Positions 5,411-7,669 of a stretch of DNA of 7,669 nt are shown here, in pieces. Numbering within the stretch: the first letter of the stretch is position 1; every line of letters begins with the position of its first letter. The stretch is from positions 21,984 to 29,652 of the forward strand of contig RQSC01001147.1 in assembly GCA_013416795.1 (NCBI GenBank). The letters are read 5' to 3'. The position numbers were made by a program, and so were the translations under genes. Origin of the DNA: Prasinococcaceae sp. CCMP 1430. Lineage: Eukaryota > Plantae > Prasinodermophyta. Below the pieces are notes generated by a model, which ran no database searches, was not told where the DNA came from, and saw nothing but the letters and a program-made list of their open reading frames with translations.

Positions 5411-7669
5411 TCACTTCGCCAGCGCCTTGGCCGCGGCGACGACAGCCTTGAACTGCTCGTCGGCGCCAGAGTAGTCGAACATGGCCACGGCGCTCATGCG
5501 GGCCCGCCTGCCCATCGCTGCGCCCAGCTTGTTGCGCGTGAGCGCGAACACCACCGGGATGCCTCGCTCTCTGGCGAGCGTGATGATGTTGCTGAGCATC
5601 GAGTCGAGCCCCGCTTCGCCGGTCACTTCCTCCACATTGGGCGCCACCACCACCGCCTTGGCGCGGCCGAGCTTCACCCCCTTCGTGACCTCGCGCAGCC
5701 CGCTCACCAGCCGCTTCTTCTGTTTGGCCTTGGCGGGATCCTTGGCCAGCGCGCGCGCCTGGAAACGCAGCAGCTCCTTGAGCAGCTCGACCACCAGTCT
5801 GTTGAGCTCGGTCGTGATCACCTGATCCACGTAGCGCACCTGCACGTCCTCGCCCACGAAGGTGGTCGGCTTGGGGTTAGGGACGGCAGCGGCGGGCTTG
5901 GCACCTGGCGCCGCGCTGGAGCCAACGTCCGGTCTACCGTCGCCCTCGCCCGCGTCGTTTCCCCCGCTCTCGCGCTCGCCAGCGACCGCCTCGTCGGATC
6001 CGGGTTCGGGCGCGGGCGCGGGCGCGGGCGCAGGCGCAGGTTCGGGCGCACGTTCGGACGCGAGAGGGGACGCGGCCTCCTCGCCCGCCTCAGCGCCCGC
6101 CTCGGCGTCCTCTCGCGCAGGCGGATCCGAGCTCGAGGTACCCCCCGCGCGCCCGCCATCCTCGGCGTTCTCGCCGTCGTCCACGCCGGGGTCGTCGGCG
6201 CTCTCTCGCTCGGATTCGGCGTCGGAGCCTCCCTCGCTGCCGCCGCCCTCGCTGCCGCTGCCGCCGACGGCGCTCTCGTCGTCGCCGCAGCCGCCGTCGC
6301 TTCCGGTGCCGCCCCCTCCCTCCGCCGCGTGCTCAGCTTTCTCCCTGTCCGCTCGCGATGCGAGGATGATCTTCTTGAGCTTGGACACGCGCTTTCGCTT
6401 CTTGCCGCCCTCCTTCTCCTTCCTGCGGCGTACCACCACGCCCGAGGACTCCGCCATGTTGGGGTTGATCGCGAGCTGCTCCTTTCTCTTGCGCGCCGGG
6501 CGGGCCGCGTGGGCGTCGAGTATCGACGCCACCGGCGCCGTGCCCTCGCGCGCGTAGGCGGCCAGCGAGAGGGTCACGGACTTGGCCTTCTTGCCGCCCT
6601 TCTTGCCGCCCCCCCTGGCGGCGCTCGCCTGGAGAGCGGCGGCCACCTTCGCGTCGGGCATCTTGACGGCCGCAGCGGCGCCCTTGCCCCACGCCCCCTT
6701 CTTGCCGCCGGACGCCGCGGCCTTCTTGCCGCCGAGCGCGGGGAAGGACGCCGCCATGGTGTCGCTGATGATGTTGCCCAGGCTGATGGCGTGTTTGTCC
6801 TTCGCCTTGGCGCCTGCGGCGCTTCCTTCGCGCGCGGCAAGCAGCTTGGCGGTCTCCGAGTTCACGCCGCCGTGTTTGTCCTTGAGGTGCTGCTCGAGCG
6901 GAGCAAAGCCCGGGAAATGTCGACCGCAGGTCAGGCACTTCACCTTGCCGTACCTGTCGACGGGGCTCTTGCGCGCCTCCGCCCTGACGTCGAGCGCGGC
7001 CCCCGGGCGGGCGGCCGAGTGGGCGGGTGCGCGCTCGCTGCCGCTTGCGCTGCCGCCCGGCCCTTCCGGCGGCCGGCCAGCGCCGCCTCCGGCCGCGCCG
7101 TGGGCCACCTTGGCGACCTTGCCCCCCTTGAGGACCACGCCCCACACGTCGCCGCGCTCGCTCGCGGGCGGCACGGACGCGGCGGCGGGACCGCCGGCGC
7201 CCTCGCCCTGCCGTTCCTGCTGCTTTCCGCCTTGCGTCTGCTGCTTGTGCTGCTGTCGCTGCTGCTGCGCCTCGGTGGCCTGCTCCTCGAGCAGCGACGA
7301 GAAGTCGACGCGCGCGCCCGCCTGCGCGGTGGATCCGCCCGCGCCCCACGCGGGCGCCGCGGGCGCCTCCGCCTGCACGAACACTTTCGGCGGCTCCGGA
7401 TCGGCCGCAGGCGCGGTCGCCTCGCCTTGCGCACCCTTGCTTGCCCGCTTGCTCGCCGCCGCCTTTGCCCCGCCCTGCTTGGCGTCGGGATCGCCCTGAT
7501 CCTGGCCGCCCGGGTGGCGGCGCTGCTGCTGGCGCGACGCGCGCCCTCGATCGCCGCCCGCGCGCTCGACGCGCTCGCCGCGCTCGGAGCGCACACCATC
7601 CCCCGCTGCCTTGCCCCATGCTCGCGTGGCATCGGCGCCGCGCGACCGCTGCGCCTGCTGCCGCGGCTG
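5411..7669 (-). CDS. SECISBP2: SECIS-binding protein 2 (selenocysteine insertion factor), 5'-partial; frame open to the window edge
   Basis: The C-terminal L7Ae-type RNA-binding domain has SBP2-specific context: YVDQVITTELNRLVVELLKELLRFQAR...KDPAKAK.KKRLVSGLREVTK...APNVEE...GGL-like EAGLDSML...IPVVFALTRNKLG...FDYSGADEQF. The upstream K-rich Sec-incorporation motif is NPNMAESSG...KKRKRVSKLKKIILASR (6353-6466). The track start at 7594 is a GTG; the frame continues stop-free to 7669 (QPRQQAQRS...). Confidence 0.93.
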   Translation of the reverse strand, partial: QPRQQAQRSRGADATRAWGKAAGDGVRSERGERVERAGGDRGRASRQQQRRHPGGQDQGDPDAKQGGAKAAASKRASKGAQGEATAPAADPEPPKVFVQAEAPAAPAWGAGGSTAQAGARVDFSSLLEEQATEAQQQRQQHKQQTQGGKQQERQGEGAGGPAAASVPPASERGDVWGVVLKGGKVAKVAHGAAGGGAGRPPEGPGGSASGSERAPAHSAARPGAALDVRAEARKSPVDRYGKVKCLTCGRHFPGFAPLEQHLKDKHGGVNSETAKLLAAREGSAAGAKAKDKHAISLGNIISDTMAASFPALGGKKAAASGGKKGAWGKGAAAAVKMPDAKVAAALQASAARGGGKKGGKKAKSVTLSLAAYAREGTAPVASILDAHAARPARKRKEQLAINPNMAESSGVVVRRRKEKEGGKKRKRVSKLKKIILASRADREKAEHAAEGGGGTGSDGGCGDDESAVGGSGSEGGGSEGGSDAESERESADDPGVDDGENAEDGGRAGGTSSSDPPAREDAEAGAEAGEEAASPLASERAPEPAPAPAPAPAPEPGSDEAVAGERESGGNDAGEGDGRPDVGSSAAPGAKPAAAVPNPKPTTFVGEDVQVRYVDQVITTELNRLVVELLKELLRFQARALAKDPAKAKQKKRLVSGLREVTKGVKLGRAKAVVVAPNVEEVTGEAGLDSMLSNIITLARERGIPVVFALTRNKLGAAMGRRARMSAVAMFDYSGADEQFKAVVAAAKALAK
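6002..6049 (-). repeat. Coding hexamer repeat encoding APEPAPAPAPAPAPEP in the SBP2 acidic linker
   Basis: Tandem GGGCGC/AGGCGC units on +, flanked by GGTTCGGGCGC copies. Confidence 0.8.
6872..6937 (-). other. C2H2 zinc finger motif within SBP2
   Basis: CLTC-GRHFPGFAPLEQ-H-LKDK-H gives C-x2-C-x12-H-x4-H, with the canonical F and L at the hydrophobic core positions. Confidence 0.85.

Noticed and set aside
5350-5413. SBP2 autoregulation through its own UGA stop
   Set aside because: Only about 55 nt separate the stop from the poly(A) signal, too short for a functional SECIS, and none is seen.
6890-6953. Cryptic 64-nt intron (CAG|GTACGG ... CTGAC ... CAG) removing the zinc finger
   Set aside because: It would frameshift SBP2, the branch point is only about 23 nt from the donor, and the region encodes an intact canonical finger with G/C-ending codons.
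162-7632. Numerous long overlapping and antisense ORFs (e.g. 162..1394 -, 3939..4976 -, 5862..6557 +, 6333..7619 -, 6582..7499 +)
   Set aside because: These are shadow frames of real genes or GC-rich non-coding DNA with few stops, and they show no recognisable domains.
1-7669. CRISPR array, tRNA/rRNA, transposase or prokaryotic operon/defence system
   Set aside because: There are no regularly spaced repeat-spacer units, no cloverleaf or rRNA-like tracts and no mobile-element ORFs. The locus is spliceosomal and eukaryotic.

Overview
This is a very GC-rich (roughly 70-75% by eye), gene-dense eukaryotic nuclear locus, not prokaryotic DNA. I can support four intron-aware genes in alternating orientation. 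(1) + 70..2010: an ANKRD13-like ankyrin/GPCR-chaperone-domain protein with one 90-nt in-frame intron. (2) - 2259..~3149: a 4-exon, ~197-aa uncharacterised two-TM protein with Cys pairs, which the ORF track mistranslates. (3) + ~4083..5299: nuclear-encoded chloroplast ATP synthase subunit b' (CF0-II, atpG), with a 12-N gap in its presequence and a 656-nt intron. (4) - 5411..>7669: SECIS-binding protein 2 (SBP2), 5'-truncated by the window and carrying a C2H2 zinc finger. GT-AG introns with (G/T)CTGAC branch points, TGTAA poly(A) signals, a nuclear atpG and selenocysteine machinery together point to a green alga (inference). I see no CRISPR array, RNA gene, transposase or defence system, and I cannot claim a new multi-gene system. 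The best leads are the zinc-finger SBP2, the orphan Cys-motif membrane protein, a mirror-image multi-block motif at both ends of the divergent intergenic region, introns that can base-pair with their own 5' splice sites, a potentially bistable GGCT/AGCC hairpin, and a shared bidirectional poly(A) signal. All motif and structure calls were made by eye and are untested against a GC-matched background.
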